Counted from the first letter of the stretch, positions 40,918 to 51,152 are shown. The stretch: DNA of 64,000 nucleotides from an uncultured Verrucomicrobiae bacterium (GCA_963786375.1 CAWAYP010000008.1:659-64658); one strand, 5' to 3'. Numbers and translations: made by a program. Notes: generated from the sequence alone by a model not told the origin.

Positions 40918-43245
40918 TCATTCGTGCGGATAGACCAGAATCCGGTCGTGCACCACCACGATCAGGTCGTTTTTCCCGTCGCCGGTGACATCCTTGACCA
41001 GGGCCTCGCGCGGCTCCGGCAGGCCATTCATTTCCCCGCGGAACGTGTGTTCCTCAAACACCTTCCAGCGAATGGCCGGCACGAGCTTGTGATGGGAATC
41101 AAAGCGGACGATATCGAGATAATGCTGGGCGGTTTCCAGAAAAACCAGTTCCTTGCGCCCGTCGCCGTTCAGGTCGCCGCTGGTCACGTCATTCAAGAAA
41201 CCATCCTTGATGGGTGTGTCGTACCCGTCCAGTTCGCTCAAGTTCCAAGTCCTGCCCGCCAGCGGCATCCAGGCGACCGCGTTCTGGCCGGAAAACACCA
41301 CGCTTTGAGCGCCGGCGCCGCCCAGCATGACCGTTTGCAGGCCGTTGAATCCTCCGACCGGCAGGGGAAGGTTGCGCGCCACCCGCCAGACCCCCAGGTT
41401 GTCCCGCTGGCAAAGCGTCAATTCCTGGTGCTCCGCGTCCAGCAGAAAGATTGAAGGCGTCCGGTTCGTGCCGTTGGCAACCGTGCAGGCGCCCACAATT
41501 TGCGAGTCACTCGCCGCGCCATTGATCTGGTCCTTCACCCGGAACACCCATTGCGGCTGATTGGTGGGGGCGAGCGTCTCCAGTTGCTTTTCCAGCACCA
41601 CCGCGCGCACAAAATTCTTCCCGGCCAGCAGCAATTCCGGCTTGCCGTCGCCGTCCACGTCCATCGCAGCCAGCCAGGGCTGCGCCATCACGCCGCCCGG
41701 CGGATCCACCTCCTCCTCGTCAAAGCTCCCGTCCGTTTTCTGCAGCAGCACCTTGATTTTGTCATAGGGAATCAGCACCACCAAATCCGCCAGCCCGTCC
41801 TGATCCACATCCTGGATGGCCATGGTGGCCGGCAGGTCGGTGAAACTCTCGCTGAGCTTTTGCGTCCGCGTTTTGCCGTCAAAGCTGCGCGTCACCAGAT
41901 AACGCTGTCCGTTCTTGTCCACGATGAGACACAGGACGGGCTTGGCGCCGTGGCGCAGCGGACCGACCGCCATGACCAGCGGCTTGCCATCAATCGGCAG
42001 GATGGTGGGAAACGGCAGCCGTCCGTCCTTGCCGAATTGCGCCACCCCCACCGCCCCTTCTCCCTGGCTCAACAGGAAAATTTCCGGCTTGCCGTCGCCA
42101 TTCCAGTCCGCCGCCGCGATCTGGCTTACACCGGCCAGGGTCGGAAAGGTTTCGGGCGCGGCCAGCGAACCGTCCGGTTGCTGCAAATAGACGGAGATTT
42201 GACCGCTGTCCGGCTGCGCCACGAGCAAATCGGGGCGGCCGTCGCCATTGACATCGGTCCACAGGATGCCGCGCTGGGCGGCGTCCGTCTTGTTCAACGG
42301 CAGGACTTGAAATTGCCCGCGCGCCAGCGCCCCGGACAAACGCTCCGCCGGTTCCTGGACAAATTGCGAGACCGCCGCGCGCCCGGAATTTTGGGCGATG
42401 GTCACGACATAGGTTTTGGCATTGCCCTCCAGATTGTCCGCGCAATACGAGCGGATGGGCTGGGTTTTGAAATAGATTTCGGGGCCCAGCTGGCCGGCGG
42501 CGTCCTGAAACCGGACCCGGAACGGCGTCGGACTGTCCCAGTCCACCAGCAGCAAGTCCTTCCGTCCGTCGCCGTTGACATCCACAATCTGCGCGGCGCC
42601 GGGCGTGCCCGAATAGGGAATCTTTTCGGGATCGGCCAGGGTGCGGTCTTTTTTCTGCCGGAGATAATACAGCGAACCGTTGTCGCCCAGCAAAGCCAGA
42701 CCCGGGCGGCCGTCACCATTCAAATCGCCGGCGGTCAGCGCGTTTGGATTCATCTGTCCGTCATCAATGGTCCAGGTTTTCGGATCGCTCCAGCCGTTGG
42801 TGCCCTCGTTATAAATCACCTCAAGATTATGCGAATCGCCGTAGAAGGCGATGTCGGGGCGGCCATCGCCATTGAGATCGGTCACCACCATCGAGGCGAT
42901 GTGCTCGTCCACGGGAATGGAATCAATCCGAAAACGCGAGCCGGGCGGCAATTGATTGATGTCCAGCGGCTGCGCGGGGGGCGCGCTGGCGGCCCAGTTG
43001 GTTTTGCCCGTCTCATTGTAAAGCAGGACAATCTTCGAGCGCAGATTGTCGGCGATAATCAGGTCGTTCAAACCGTTGCCATTCAAATCCGCCGCGTGCA
43101 AGTCGCTGATTTGCTGGTCAATGGGAAAAATCTCCGGGCCGCCGAACCAGAAACCATTGGTGCCACCCCTGCCCTGGACCGAAGAAACAAAATTCAAAGC
43201 CAGCGCCGCCAAGGCGACGCACCGCAAAAAATTCATGGTTCGCAT
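40918..43245 (-). CDS. FG-GAP/VCBS-repeat secreted protein
   Basis: Repeated DLNGDGRPD / DVNGDGRKD / DWNGDGKPE / DVDGDGKPE calcium-loop motifs. Signal peptide from MRTMNFLRCVALAALALNF. Confidence 0.75.
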   Translation of the reverse strand: MRTMNFLRCVALAALALNFVSSVQGRGGTNGFWFGGPEIFPIDQQISDLHAADLNGNGLNDLIIADNLRSKIVLLYNETGKTNWAASAPPAQPLDINQLPPGSRFRIDSIPVDEHIASMVVTDLNGDGRPDIAFYGDSHNLEVIYNEGTNGWSDPKTWTIDDGQMNPNALTAGDLNGDGRPGLALLGDNGSLYYLRQKKDRTLADPEKIPYSGTPGAAQIVDVNGDGRKDLLLVDWDSPTPFRVRFQDAAGQLGPEIYFKTQPIRSYCADNLEGNAKTYVVTIAQNSGRAAVSQFVQEPAERLSGALARGQFQVLPLNKTDAAQRGILWTDVNGDGRPDLLVAQPDSGQISVYLQQPDGSLAAPETFPTLAGVSQIAAADWNGDGKPEIFLLSQGEGAVGVAQFGKDGRLPFPTILPIDGKPLVMAVGPLRHGAKPVLCLIVDKNGQRYLVTRSFDGKTRTQKLSESFTDLPATMAIQDVDQDGLADLVVLIPYDKIKVLLQKTDGSFDEEEVDPPGGVMAQPWLAAMDVDGDGKPELLLAGKNFVRAVVLEKQLETLAPTNQPQWVFRVKDQINGAASDSQIVGACTVANGTNRTPSIFLLDAEHQELTLCQRDNLGVWRVARNLPLPVGGFNGLQTVMLGGAGAQSVVFSGQNAVAWMPLAGRTWNLSELDGYDTPIKDGFLNDVTSGDLNGDGRKELVFLETAQHYLDIVRFDSHHKLVPAIRWKVFEEHTFRGEMNGLPEPREALVKDVTGDGKNDLIVVVHDRILVYPHE

Positions 43246-43378
43246 AAGCACTGGCAACCTGCCATTCCCCGCCGTCATTGGCCAGTTTATTCGCACCCCA
43301 ATCATCCCCGTCCTCGTAATCGTAACCGGAAAATCAAATCGAGGACGGGAACGAGGGCGGGAACGCCGGGAGCGAAAA

Positions 43379-43801
43379 TCATTCGCCGATGAAATGCCAT
43401 GCCATGCGGCGGGCGTGCCCGTGGCGGCGGTGTTCCCACAGGTAAATCCCCTGCCACGCGCCCAACGCCAGCCGGCCGCCGCGCACGGGAAGGCCCAGAT
43501 TCACCGTCGTGAGGGCTGTGCGGATATGCGCCGGCATGTCGTCGTCACCTTCCAGCGTGTGTTCGAACAGCGGGTCGCCATCGGGCACCAGCCGGTTGAA
43601 GAAGGCCTCCAAATCACGCCGCGCGTCGGGACTGGCGTTTTCCTGGATCACCAGCGAAGCCGACGTGTGTTGCAGATGAATCGTCAGCAATCCTTCCTTG
43701 AATTGGTTCCGCCCCACCCAGGCCTCGACTTCGCGCGTGAACTCGTACAGGCCGCGACCGCGCGTCGTGATGGTTAATTCATGTGAAAGTTGGCGAAGCA
43801 T
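43379..43801 (-). CDS. yjbQ: YjbQ/UPF0047 family protein (secondary thiamine-phosphate synthase-like)
   Basis: LTIHLQHTSASLVIQEN and DDMPAHIRTALT...LGAWQGIYLWEHR are typical of the family. Confidence 0.75.
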   Translation of the reverse strand: MLRQLSHELTITTRGRGLYEFTREVEAWVGRNQFKEGLLTIHLQHTSASLVIQENASPDARRDLEAFFNRLVPDGDPLFEHTLEGDDDMPAHIRTALTTVNLGLPVRGGRLALGAWQGIYLWEHRRHGHARRMAWHFIGE

Positions 43802-43858
43802 TTTGGAGTGCGCGGATACGTCCGCGCTTTCAAAGCGGCGACAGGTCGCCGCAGTCCA
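43801..43858. repeat. Family C related double-hairpin repeat
   Basis: ttttggagtgcgcggatacgtccgcgctttcaaagcggcgacaggtcgccgcagtcca. Confidence 0.6.
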
Positions 43859-43870
43859 TGATTATATTTT

Positions 43871-45718
43871 TTACGGATTCGCCGGCGCGCCCTTTTCGTT
43901 CAGCATTTTTTCCAGGGCCGGGTTGCGCGGCTGGCCGTCGGCGAGCGCCTTTTCATAATGCCAGCGCGCCAGTTCAACCATCGGCGGCTGCTGCGTGAGG
44001 TAAATCACCGCCAGATTGTTGTGCGCCGCGGCGTAATGCGGGTCCAGTTGCACCGCCCGGCGCAACGCCGTTTCCGCCTGCGCGCGCAAGCCTTTCTCCG
44101 CCAGCGCCACCCCCAGGTAATTTTCAATGTCCGGGTTTTGCGGATTGAGTTTTGCCGCGCGGCTCAACGCGTCGAGCGCCTCGTCATATCTGGCCTCGCT
44201 GAACCGGATGCGGCCCAAAACCGTCAGGTTGTAGGCATCATTCGGACTCTGCGCGAGCGCCGCCTGGATGTGTTTGTCCGCGTCGTCCAGCTTGTTTTCC
44301 TCCAGCTCGATCTCGGCCAGATTGGCCAGGGCCAGCCCGTTGTTTTGGTCGTGCCGCAAAATTTCCTGATAATCGGCCTCGGCCTTGGCGTATTCCCGGG
44401 CGGAAAAATAATTCTGCGCCTCGGCCGCCAGCGAAGCCGCGCCGCCGGGCAATTCGCGAACGGACTTCTTTTCCGCGTCGGAATTGGCCGCCAGTTCGGG
44501 CGCCGATGGCTTGAACAAGGCCAGTTCTTCCGGCGTGTAGGGAACCGGCTGCGCCTCATCCACCGCGATGCGCGCGCGCAACGTGTCCACCTCCCGCGCC
44601 AGCGTGTCAATCTGCGCCGCCGCGTCCTGGCCCTTGCCGCCGTAAAGCCGCTTGTTGGCGTCACCCAGGCGCGCCATCAATTCATCGCGTTCCTGCTCCA
44701 GCTCATGGATGCGCGCCTCGTTTTCCGCCTGGCTTGGCCCGGTTGCCGCCGGCGCCGGGTTCACCGCCACGCCCTGCAATTGCCTCACGCGATTTTCCAG
44801 CGCCATTTTCTCAAGCGAACCTATCTCCGCCGCCGATTGCAGGGCGGCAATTTGCGTCCGCGCCCTCGCCAGTTCGGCATCCGCGCTGGTGGCATCCATT
44901 GTGGCCGGCGGCGCGGACTTGAGGCTGGCCACCTGTTGCTTGAGCAATTCATTTTCCTGGCGCAGGGCCTCGGCGGCGTCCGCGCTGGCCAGCAACGATT
45001 GCAGGCGCGATTGCAGCACCTGATTTTCCAACGTCAGCTTGTCGGCGCGCGCCGTTTGGACGGCCAGTTTCTGGTTGGCCTCGGCCAGCGCCTGTTTTAA
45101 CTGTTCCACCGCCTGGGTATCCACGCCCGCCGCCATGCCGCCCGGTCCCCGCGCCAGGCTCACCTTCAACAGATCATTTTCCTTCATCAAGGACCGGAGC
45201 TGCTCCTGCACCTGGGCAAATTCGCCCGGCGACACCGCCGCCGGCTGCACCGCCAGCGCCTCCTTGAGTTTGGACTGCAACGTTTCGTTGTCGGTCTGCA
45301 ATTGCCTGATCTGTTCATGCAAGGCGCCGAGCTGCGACTCCAGTTCGGCTTGCGCCGCCGCCGCCGCCGTGGCCGGGGTCGCGGGAACCGATGCCGCCGC
45401 CGGAGCTGTGCCGCCCTGCGGGATGGCCGGAAGCCTGGCGGTCACCTCGGTGATTTTGTCCGCGAGATAACTCAGCCGGAAACTGACGATCTTGGGATAC
45501 CAATCCGGGAACACCCGGTGGAACTTTTCCAGATTGGTTTGCGCCTCGGTATAGTCATCCAGCGCCCGGCGTGGTTCTCCTGAATTATTAAACACGTCCC
45601 CCTGCTGGATGAGGGCGTAAATGACGAGGTATTGATCGTCGGGATTTTCCTGCGCGCGCGCCGCCGGCGACAGCAACAGCGTCAAAACCAAAAAAGCAAA
45701 TACAGCCAGGCGTTTCAT
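43871..45718 (-). CDS. Secreted TPR plus long coiled-coil protein
   Basis: Signal peptide MKRLAVFAFLVLTLLLSPAARA at ATG 45718. The middle is Q/A/L-rich coiled coil and the C-terminus carries TPRs. Confidence 0.65.
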   Translation of the reverse strand: MKRLAVFAFLVLTLLLSPAARAQENPDDQYLVIYALIQQGDVFNNSGEPRRALDDYTEAQTNLEKFHRVFPDWYPKIVSFRLSYLADKITEVTARLPAIPQGGTAPAAASVPATPATAAAAAQAELESQLGALHEQIRQLQTDNETLQSKLKEALAVQPAAVSPGEFAQVQEQLRSLMKENDLLKVSLARGPGGMAAGVDTQAVEQLKQALAEANQKLAVQTARADKLTLENQVLQSRLQSLLASADAAEALRQENELLKQQVASLKSAPPATMDATSADAELARARTQIAALQSAAEIGSLEKMALENRVRQLQGVAVNPAPAATGPSQAENEARIHELEQERDELMARLGDANKRLYGGKGQDAAAQIDTLAREVDTLRARIAVDEAQPVPYTPEELALFKPSAPELAANSDAEKKSVRELPGGAASLAAEAQNYFSAREYAKAEADYQEILRHDQNNGLALANLAEIELEENKLDDADKHIQAALAQSPNDAYNLTVLGRIRFSEARYDEALDALSRAAKLNPQNPDIENYLGVALAEKGLRAQAETALRRAVQLDPHYAAAHNNLAVIYLTQQPPMVELARWHYEKALADGQPRNPALEKMLNEKGAPANP

Positions 45719-45915
45719 GCTGGCACAATACTCCAAGCGAACGCGATTTGGCAACGCCGGCGGCGGGGCACCTGACTTTTGATTTCTTAACCTTGATCCT
45801 CCGGCGGAACGATCACGATGAAGGGCAAGATTACGAGCAGGATACCGCCATCCCAATTCGCGCGTTGACCTGTCCCGCCGGTTCTGTTACCGTCCGGCGC
45901 ACCTGAAATGCGCCT

Positions 45916-46536
45916 ATGAACACCGCGCTGAACCAGCATGTGCTTGTGTTAAACCGCTTGTGGCAGGCGGTCAACGTCTGCACCACCCGGCGCGCGCTCA
46001 CCCTGTTGTTCCAAGGCCACGCGCAGGCGGTCCTCGACGACAAAGACGGTTCCTTCCGCACGTTTGATTTCGAGGAATGGCGCGACCTTTCGGCCAGCGC
46101 GCCGCACGAGGAATCGGTCCGCGCCATTTCCTTCCGCATCCGCGTGCCGCGCATCATTCTGCTGCTCATCTACGACCGGCTGCCGAAAAAGGAAGTGAAA
46201 TTCACGCGCCACAACATTTTCGAGCGCGACAAGAACACTTGCCAATACTGCGGCCGGGTGTGCGACCGGAAGGATTTGAACCTGGACCACGTGATTCCGC
46301 GCGACCGCGGCGGGCCGACGACATGGGAAAACATCGTCTGCTCCTGCATCGAGTGCAACACCCAGAAGGCCAACCGCACGCCGCAGGAAGCCGGATTGCA
46401 TCTCATCCGCAAACCCAAGCGCCCGAAATGGCGGCCGTTCGTGCAGATCAACTTCAGCCTGCACCGGCACGACAGTTGGAAGCACTTCATTGACCTCGCC
46501 TATTGGAACGTCGAGCTGGGCGAAGACGTCGGGTGA
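45916..46536 (+). CDS. HNH endonuclease family protein
   Basis: CQYCG...LNLDHVIPRDRGG...WENIVCSCIECNTQK is a zinc-finger HNH motif. Confidence 0.75.
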   Translation: MNTALNQHVLVLNRLWQAVNVCTTRRALTLLFQGHAQAVLDDKDGSFRTFDFEEWRDLSASAPHEESVRAISFRIRVPRIILLLIYDRLPKKEVKFTRHNIFERDKNTCQYCGRVCDRKDLNLDHVIPRDRGGPTTWENIVCSCIECNTQKANRTPQEAGLHLIRKPKRPKWRPFVQINFSLHRHDSWKHFIDLAYWNVELGEDVG

Positions 46537-46658
46537 TTTAATTTGCGATTTGCGAATCCCTTCCGAATTTGGACACGCGCGCAAATCGTATATCGTAAAT
46601 TGGAAATGATCAGCGCCAACATCCCGACAGCATGTCCAATGCGGGGTCGGCACCAATA

Positions 46659-46686
46659 TTGACAGGTTGTCCACGGCAACTATAAC
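46659..46686 (+). promoter_or_regulatory. Candidate sigma70-type promoter of tRNA-Glu
   Basis: TTGACA (46659-46664), a 16-nt spacer, then TATAAC (46681-46686), 11 nt before the tRNA 5' end. Confidence 0.45.
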
Positions 46687-46697
46687 ATGGCTCGCGT

Positions 46698-46772
46698 GGC
46701 GTGTTCGTCTATCGGTTAGGACGCTGGATTCTCAATCCGGAAAGACGGGTTCGATTCCCGTACGCGCTACCA
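46698..46772 (+). tRNA. tRNA-Glu (anticodon CUC), CCA encoded
   Basis: Hand-folded cloverleaf. Acceptor ggcgtgt/acgcgct; D arm gtc-tatcggttag-gac; anticodon arm ctgga-ttCTCaa-tccgg; variable loop aaag; T arm acggg-ttcgatt-cccgt; discriminator a; cca. Confidence 0.85.
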
Positions 46773-46938
46773 TTTTGGCCCTGCCTGGGAAATGACACGA
46801 GCGTGAAGTGCCGTGGACGGGTTTGGTCCCCGGAAAAAAGCAAAAATCAGTCTTGCTCGAAGGAATTGAAACCATGTGTGATCCGACACGAAAAACGAAG
46901 TCCCGACCGGGGGCGACCCTTTTCACTCGTCACACCGC

Positions 46939-49842
46939 GTGGACCTCTCCTATCATGGGGTCAACCTCATGAGCCCATGGTCGAAGCAGATAACCGGATC
47001 AGGCAAAGTGGATGCCGTGCATTTGAGCGCGTCTGATTCGCCGTCGGTTGAAACGCCGGGAAACACCCGTTCCCGCCCGCCCGAGGCCGGCAGCCGGCCG
47101 GCCGGTTGGCCAAATCGCTGGGCGGTTTTTGGCGTCTGTATTTTTCTGGTGGTGATGGTCTGGGTGATTTTCGGCCAAACGCAGGGATTCGGCTTTGTCA
47201 ATTACGACGACAACGTGTATGTCTATCAGAATTCAATAGTTCAGGCCGGGCTGACCTGGACAGGCCTCAAGTGGGCGTTCACCACGATGGACATGGCCAA
47301 CTGGAATCCACTCACCTGGTTGTCCTTCATGCTCGATTGCCAGTTATTCGGCCCGAACGCCGGTGGATGTCATCTGGTTAATGTCCTCCTCCACGCAGCC
47401 AACGCCGCTCTGTTATTGGTGTTGCTCTGGCGGCTGACCAGCCGCCTCTGGCCCAGTGCGTTCGTCGCCGCTCTGTTTGCCTGTCATCCGCAGCACGTGG
47501 AATCGGTGGCCTGGGTGGCCGAACGCAAGGACGTGCTTTCGGCCTTCTTCGGATTGCTGGCCTTGCTGGCCTACGTGGGTTATGTCCGGAAACGGTCGGA
47601 GGCCGAGAGTCGGGGGCCGGGCGCGGGCGTTGCGATGCCGGCCCGCGATCCCCGCCTTGCCGCCCCCGACTATCCTTTGGCGCTTTTCTTCTATGCCTGC
47701 GGACTCATGGCCAAACCGATGCTGGTGACGTTGCCCTTCGTGTTGCTGTTGCTGGATTACTGGCCGTTGCAGCGGGTGCCCAATTTTGAATTGCGATGGT
47801 CCCATTGGGCCCGGCTGATTCGCGAGAAATGGCCGTTCTTTGTACTGACCATTGCTTCCTGTATGGTGACCTCTATCGCCCAGCAACGCAGCATGGCATT
47901 TGTCGCTTCGAGCAATTATTCACTGCCTTCGCTGCCGGCCCGCGTTGGCAACGCGGCGATGGCGTATGTCAAGTACCTGTTCCAGAGCGTCTATCCGGTG
48001 AATTTGGCGGTGCTTTATCCGCTGCCCAAGGAGATGGCCTGGGGGCAAGCAGCCGGGGCCGGGCTGGTCTTGATGGTGATGACCGGGCTGATTTGGCGGG
48101 CACGCCGGCGATGCCCGTATTTGTTGACGGGTTGGTTGTGGTATTTGGGGATGCTGGTGCCGGTGATTGGCTTGGTGCCGGTGGGGGCAGGCCTTCAAGC
48201 GATGGCCGATCGCTACACGTACCTGCCGCAGATTGGGTGGTATCTGCTGGTGACGTGGGGGGCGATGGAACTGTGCGCGGGCTGGCGGCATCGCCGCGTG
48301 GTGCTGGGCGGCATCGCCGCAGTCATTCTGGTGGCTTTGATTGGCTGCGCGCGCACCCAGGTTTCGTATTGGCGGAACAGCGAAACGCTATGGACTCACA
48401 CGCTCGCCTGCACCTCTGACAATGCGACAGCCCTCAACAATCTCAGTGTCGTACTGTTCGAAAAAGGCGAAGTGGACCAAGCGATGGCCGATTGCCAAAA
48501 GGCGCTGCAAATCAATCCCAACGACCCGAACGCCTGGAACAACCTCGGCAACGTACTGCTCCAGGAGGGCAGGCTGGATGAGGCGATTCCATATTTCCAA
48601 AAGGCGCTGCAAATCAATCCCAACTACGCGGAGGCCCACAACAACCTCGGCAACGTACTGCTCCAAAAAGGCAGAGCGGACGAGGCGATTGCCCAATTCC
48701 AAAAGGCCCTGCGCTTCAATCTCGATGTCGCGAAAACCTACTGCAACCTCGGCAACGCCCTGCTCCAAAAGGGCGAAGTGGATGAAGCGATTGCCCAATA
48801 CCAAACGGCCCTGCAAATCAACCCCAACTCCGCGGAGGCCCACAACAACTTCGGCCGGGTGCTGTTCCACGAAGGCGAATTGGACCAGGCGATTGCCCAA
48901 TACCAAACAGCCCTGCAAATCAAGCCTGACTTCGCGGAAGCCCACAACAACCTGGGTATTGTGCTGTTTCAGAATGGCGAAGCAGACGAGGCGATTGCGC
49001 ACTTTCAAGAGGCGTTGCAAATCAAACCTGATTTCGCGGGGGCCCGCAACAACCTCGGCAACGCCCTGCTCCAGGAAAACAAAGTGGACGAGGCGATTGC
49101 CCAATTCCAAAAGGCCCTGCAAATCAATCCCGACAACGCTGACGCCCAGAACAACCTCGGCAACGCCCAGCTCCAAAAGGGCCAGGTGGACGAGGCGATT
49201 GCCCATTACCAGAAGGCCCTGCAAATCAATCCCAACAATCCGAATATCTGCAACAACCTCGGCAACGCCCAACTCCAAAAAGGCAAGTTCGATGAGGCGA
49301 TTGTGCATTTCCAAAAGGCGTTGCAAATCAAACCGGACTTCGTGGAGGCCCACGTCAACCTCGGCAAGGCCCTGCTCGAAAAAGGGCGCCTGCCGGAGGC
49401 CGTCCAGCATTTTCAGCGTGCCCTGGCCATGCGCCCGGACGACCCTGGCATTGAGATGGACCTGGGCTACGCCTGGTCGCGCCAGGGACAATTCGAACCG
49501 GCCATTGAGCATTATCAAGCCGCCCTCAAGCTGCAGCCAAACAATGCAGCCTTTCTGAACAACCTCGCATGGCTTTTGGCTACGTGTCCGGAGGCGCGTT
49601 CTCGCAACGGCCAGCAGGCCGTCCAACTGGCCGAACGGGCTTGTCAGTTGACCGATTTCAAGCAGCCGCAACTGATTGGCACTTTGGCCGCTGCTTATGC
49701 CGAAGCGGGACGCTTTGACGATGCGGTGGCAGCCTCGGAAAAGGCCCACGATTTGGCGCTGGCGCTTGGACAACAAACGCTGGCGCTCAAGAACCAAAAG
49801 TTGCTGCAACTTTTTAAGGCCCACCAACCCTGCCGGGAATAA
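46939..49842 (+). CDS. Polytopic membrane domain (TMTC/PMT-like glycosyltransferase-type) fused to a long TPR array
   Basis: About 430 aa of multiple TM helices, followed by more than 12 TPR units (AEAHNNLGNVLLQKG..DEAIAQFQKALQINP). The start codon is uncertain. Confidence 0.65.
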   Translation: MDLSYHGVNLMSPWSKQITGSGKVDAVHLSASDSPSVETPGNTRSRPPEAGSRPAGWPNRWAVFGVCIFLVVMVWVIFGQTQGFGFVNYDDNVYVYQNSIVQAGLTWTGLKWAFTTMDMANWNPLTWLSFMLDCQLFGPNAGGCHLVNVLLHAANAALLLVLLWRLTSRLWPSAFVAALFACHPQHVESVAWVAERKDVLSAFFGLLALLAYVGYVRKRSEAESRGPGAGVAMPARDPRLAAPDYPLALFFYACGLMAKPMLVTLPFVLLLLDYWPLQRVPNFELRWSHWARLIREKWPFFVLTIASCMVTSIAQQRSMAFVASSNYSLPSLPARVGNAAMAYVKYLFQSVYPVNLAVLYPLPKEMAWGQAAGAGLVLMVMTGLIWRARRRCPYLLTGWLWYLGMLVPVIGLVPVGAGLQAMADRYTYLPQIGWYLLVTWGAMELCAGWRHRRVVLGGIAAVILVALIGCARTQVSYWRNSETLWTHTLACTSDNATALNNLSVVLFEKGEVDQAMADCQKALQINPNDPNAWNNLGNVLLQEGRLDEAIPYFQKALQINPNYAEAHNNLGNVLLQKGRADEAIAQFQKALRFNLDVAKTYCNLGNALLQKGEVDEAIAQYQTALQINPNSAEAHNNFGRVLFHEGELDQAIAQYQTALQIKPDFAEAHNNLGIVLFQNGEADEAIAHFQEALQIKPDFAGARNNLGNALLQENKVDEAIAQFQKALQINPDNADAQNNLGNAQLQKGQVDEAIAHYQKALQINPNNPNICNNLGNAQLQKGKFDEAIVHFQKALQIKPDFVEAHVNLGKALLEKGRLPEAVQHFQRALAMRPDDPGIEMDLGYAWSRQGQFEPAIEHYQAALKLQPNNAAFLNNLAWLLATCPEARSRNGQQAVQLAERACQLTDFKQPQLIGTLAAAYAEAGRFDDAVAASEKAHDLALALGQQTLALKNQKLLQLFKAHQPCRE
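48425..49440 (+). repeat. Tandem 102-nt (34-codon) TPR repeats of high mutual similarity
   Basis: About ten consecutive units with recurring ..EAIAxFQKALQI(N/K)P(N/D)xAEAHNNLGNxLLQKGxxD.. Confidence 0.8.
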
Positions 49843-49951
49843 CCGGCGCGCCGGCGGGAGAATCAATCCGGCTGTTCAGCGATTTGCGCCAATGATGGCA
49901 CCAATCGCCGGGCTTGACTTTCAACCTTCAACTTTCAACCCTCAACCCTTA

Positions 49952-50317
49952 ATGACCGCCTTTCAAATCATCTTCACGCCGACGAGCGCCGCCGAACTGG
50001 CGCGGATGCCCAAGGAACTGCAGTTGCAAATCCTCGGCGACTTTCGCGGCCTGCCCCAACAGGTGCGCGGCACGGAACTGGACGAATTCGGCAAGCTGGA
50101 ACGGGGCGGGCGCGTCCTGCACCGCTTTCGCGTCGGCGACTACCGCGTCTATTTTGAACGGCACGAACTGGGCGTGCTCGTGCACCGGATCCTCAACCGG
50201 CACACGCTCAAGGATTTCTACTTCCGGTCCGGCCTCAAGACCGCCGAGGACGAAGCGCTCCAGGAAAATCCCAAGTTTTGGGAACTGATGGAAGCGGCCA
50301 GGACCTCGGCAAAATAA
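49952..50317 (+). CDS. RelE/ParE-like toxin-family protein with a C-terminal extension; no partner antitoxin seen
   Basis: Core LHRFRVGDYRVYFERHELGVLVHRILNR resembles the RelE/ParE beta-sheet core. The internal ATG at 49952 is preferred. Confidence 0.4.
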   Translation: MTAFQIIFTPTSAAELARMPKELQLQILGDFRGLPQQVRGTELDEFGKLERGGRVLHRFRVGDYRVYFERHELGVLVHRILNRHTLKDFYFRSGLKTAEDEALQENPKFWELMEAARTSAK

Positions 50318-50389
50318 AGCCGCCAGTGGCGAGTAACGGGACAATCCAGTCCGGTGTGAACCTCGGTGGTGGTACATTTTGCAACTTTC

Positions 50390-50516
50390 GGTGGGGCAAG
50401 CGTCCTCGCAAGCCGCAGCACTATTACCCCGGCTCGTCAGCAGCCTCGCCCCACCAAAAGCATGGCCCACCAGGGTGAAGTCCTACCACCGGTGGGGCGA
50501 GCGTCCTCGCGAGCCG
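50390..50516. repeat. Family B repeat cluster (GGTGGGGCGAGCGTCCTCGCGAGCCG), three units in +,-,+ orientation
   Basis: Units at 50390-50416, 50431-50455 (inverted) and 50491-50516, immediately upstream of the first RAYT gene. Confidence 0.8.
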
Positions 50517-50573
50517 GGGTAAAGGGGAAATTCAAACTTTCAAACGCTTTGTTCAACCAATAATTTCGAAAAC

Positions 50574-51095
50574 GTGAACCGGTATCAAGACAACCAATTT
50601 CCTCAACGCCAAAATCCTTCACCCGGCGTCCATATCCAATTGGGCCAATCCAACATGGTCCTGCTGACGATTACCACCGAAAAGCGCGAACCCTGGCTGG
50701 CCAATGAAGGAGCACATCAGCTTCTTCACCAGACCTGGTCAGAAGCGACTGCCTGGTTGGTCGGCGATTACTTGCTGATGCCGGACCATTTTCACTTGTT
50801 TTGTGCACCGGGAGATTTGCACTTCACCATTGAAACGTGGATTTCCTATTGGAAGCGCGAATTCGCGCTAAAGCAAAAACAGCTCGCGAGGACGCTCGCC
50901 CCACCAAAAAGCGTCGTCCCGCCAGAATGGAAATTTCAGTCACGCGGCTGGCATCATCGGCTGCGTGATGGTGAAAATTATTCGGAGAAGTGGGTTTACG
51001 TGCAGGAAAATCCGATCCGTAAAGGATTGGTTAAACGAATTGAAGACTGGCCATTCAAAGGTCGAGTGTTTGATTTGATTTGGACTGGAAAGTGA
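50574..51095 (+). CDS. REP-associated tyrosine transposase (RAYT, IS200/IS605 Y1 HUH family), copy 1
   Basis: HUH motif LMPDHFHLF and tyrosine motif WVYVQENPIRKGLV...DWPF. GTG start. Confidence 0.75.
   Translation: MNRYQDNQFPQRQNPSPGVHIQLGQSNMVLLTITTEKREPWLANEGAHQLLHQTWSEATAWLVGDYLLMPDHFHLFCAPGDLHFTIETWISYWKREFALKQKQLARTLAPPKSVVPPEWKFQSRGWHHRLRDGENYSEKWVYVQENPIRKGLVKRIEDWPFKGRVFDLIWTGK
50883..50906. repeat. Family B repeat unit inside RAYT copy 1
   Basis: gctcgcgaggacgctcgccccacc, translated as LARTLAPP. Confidence 0.7.
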
Positions 51096-51152
51096 CTTCA
51101 CATGACGGCTAGAGCCTTTCCATAAAACATGTAGCTTTACACATGCGGTGCG

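Noticed and set aside
46701-47036. A 111-aa ORF starting inside the tRNA-Glu gene.
   Set aside because: It begins within a well-folding tRNA, and its reading frame has no protein-like features. The downstream membrane/TPR gene explains the later part of the region.
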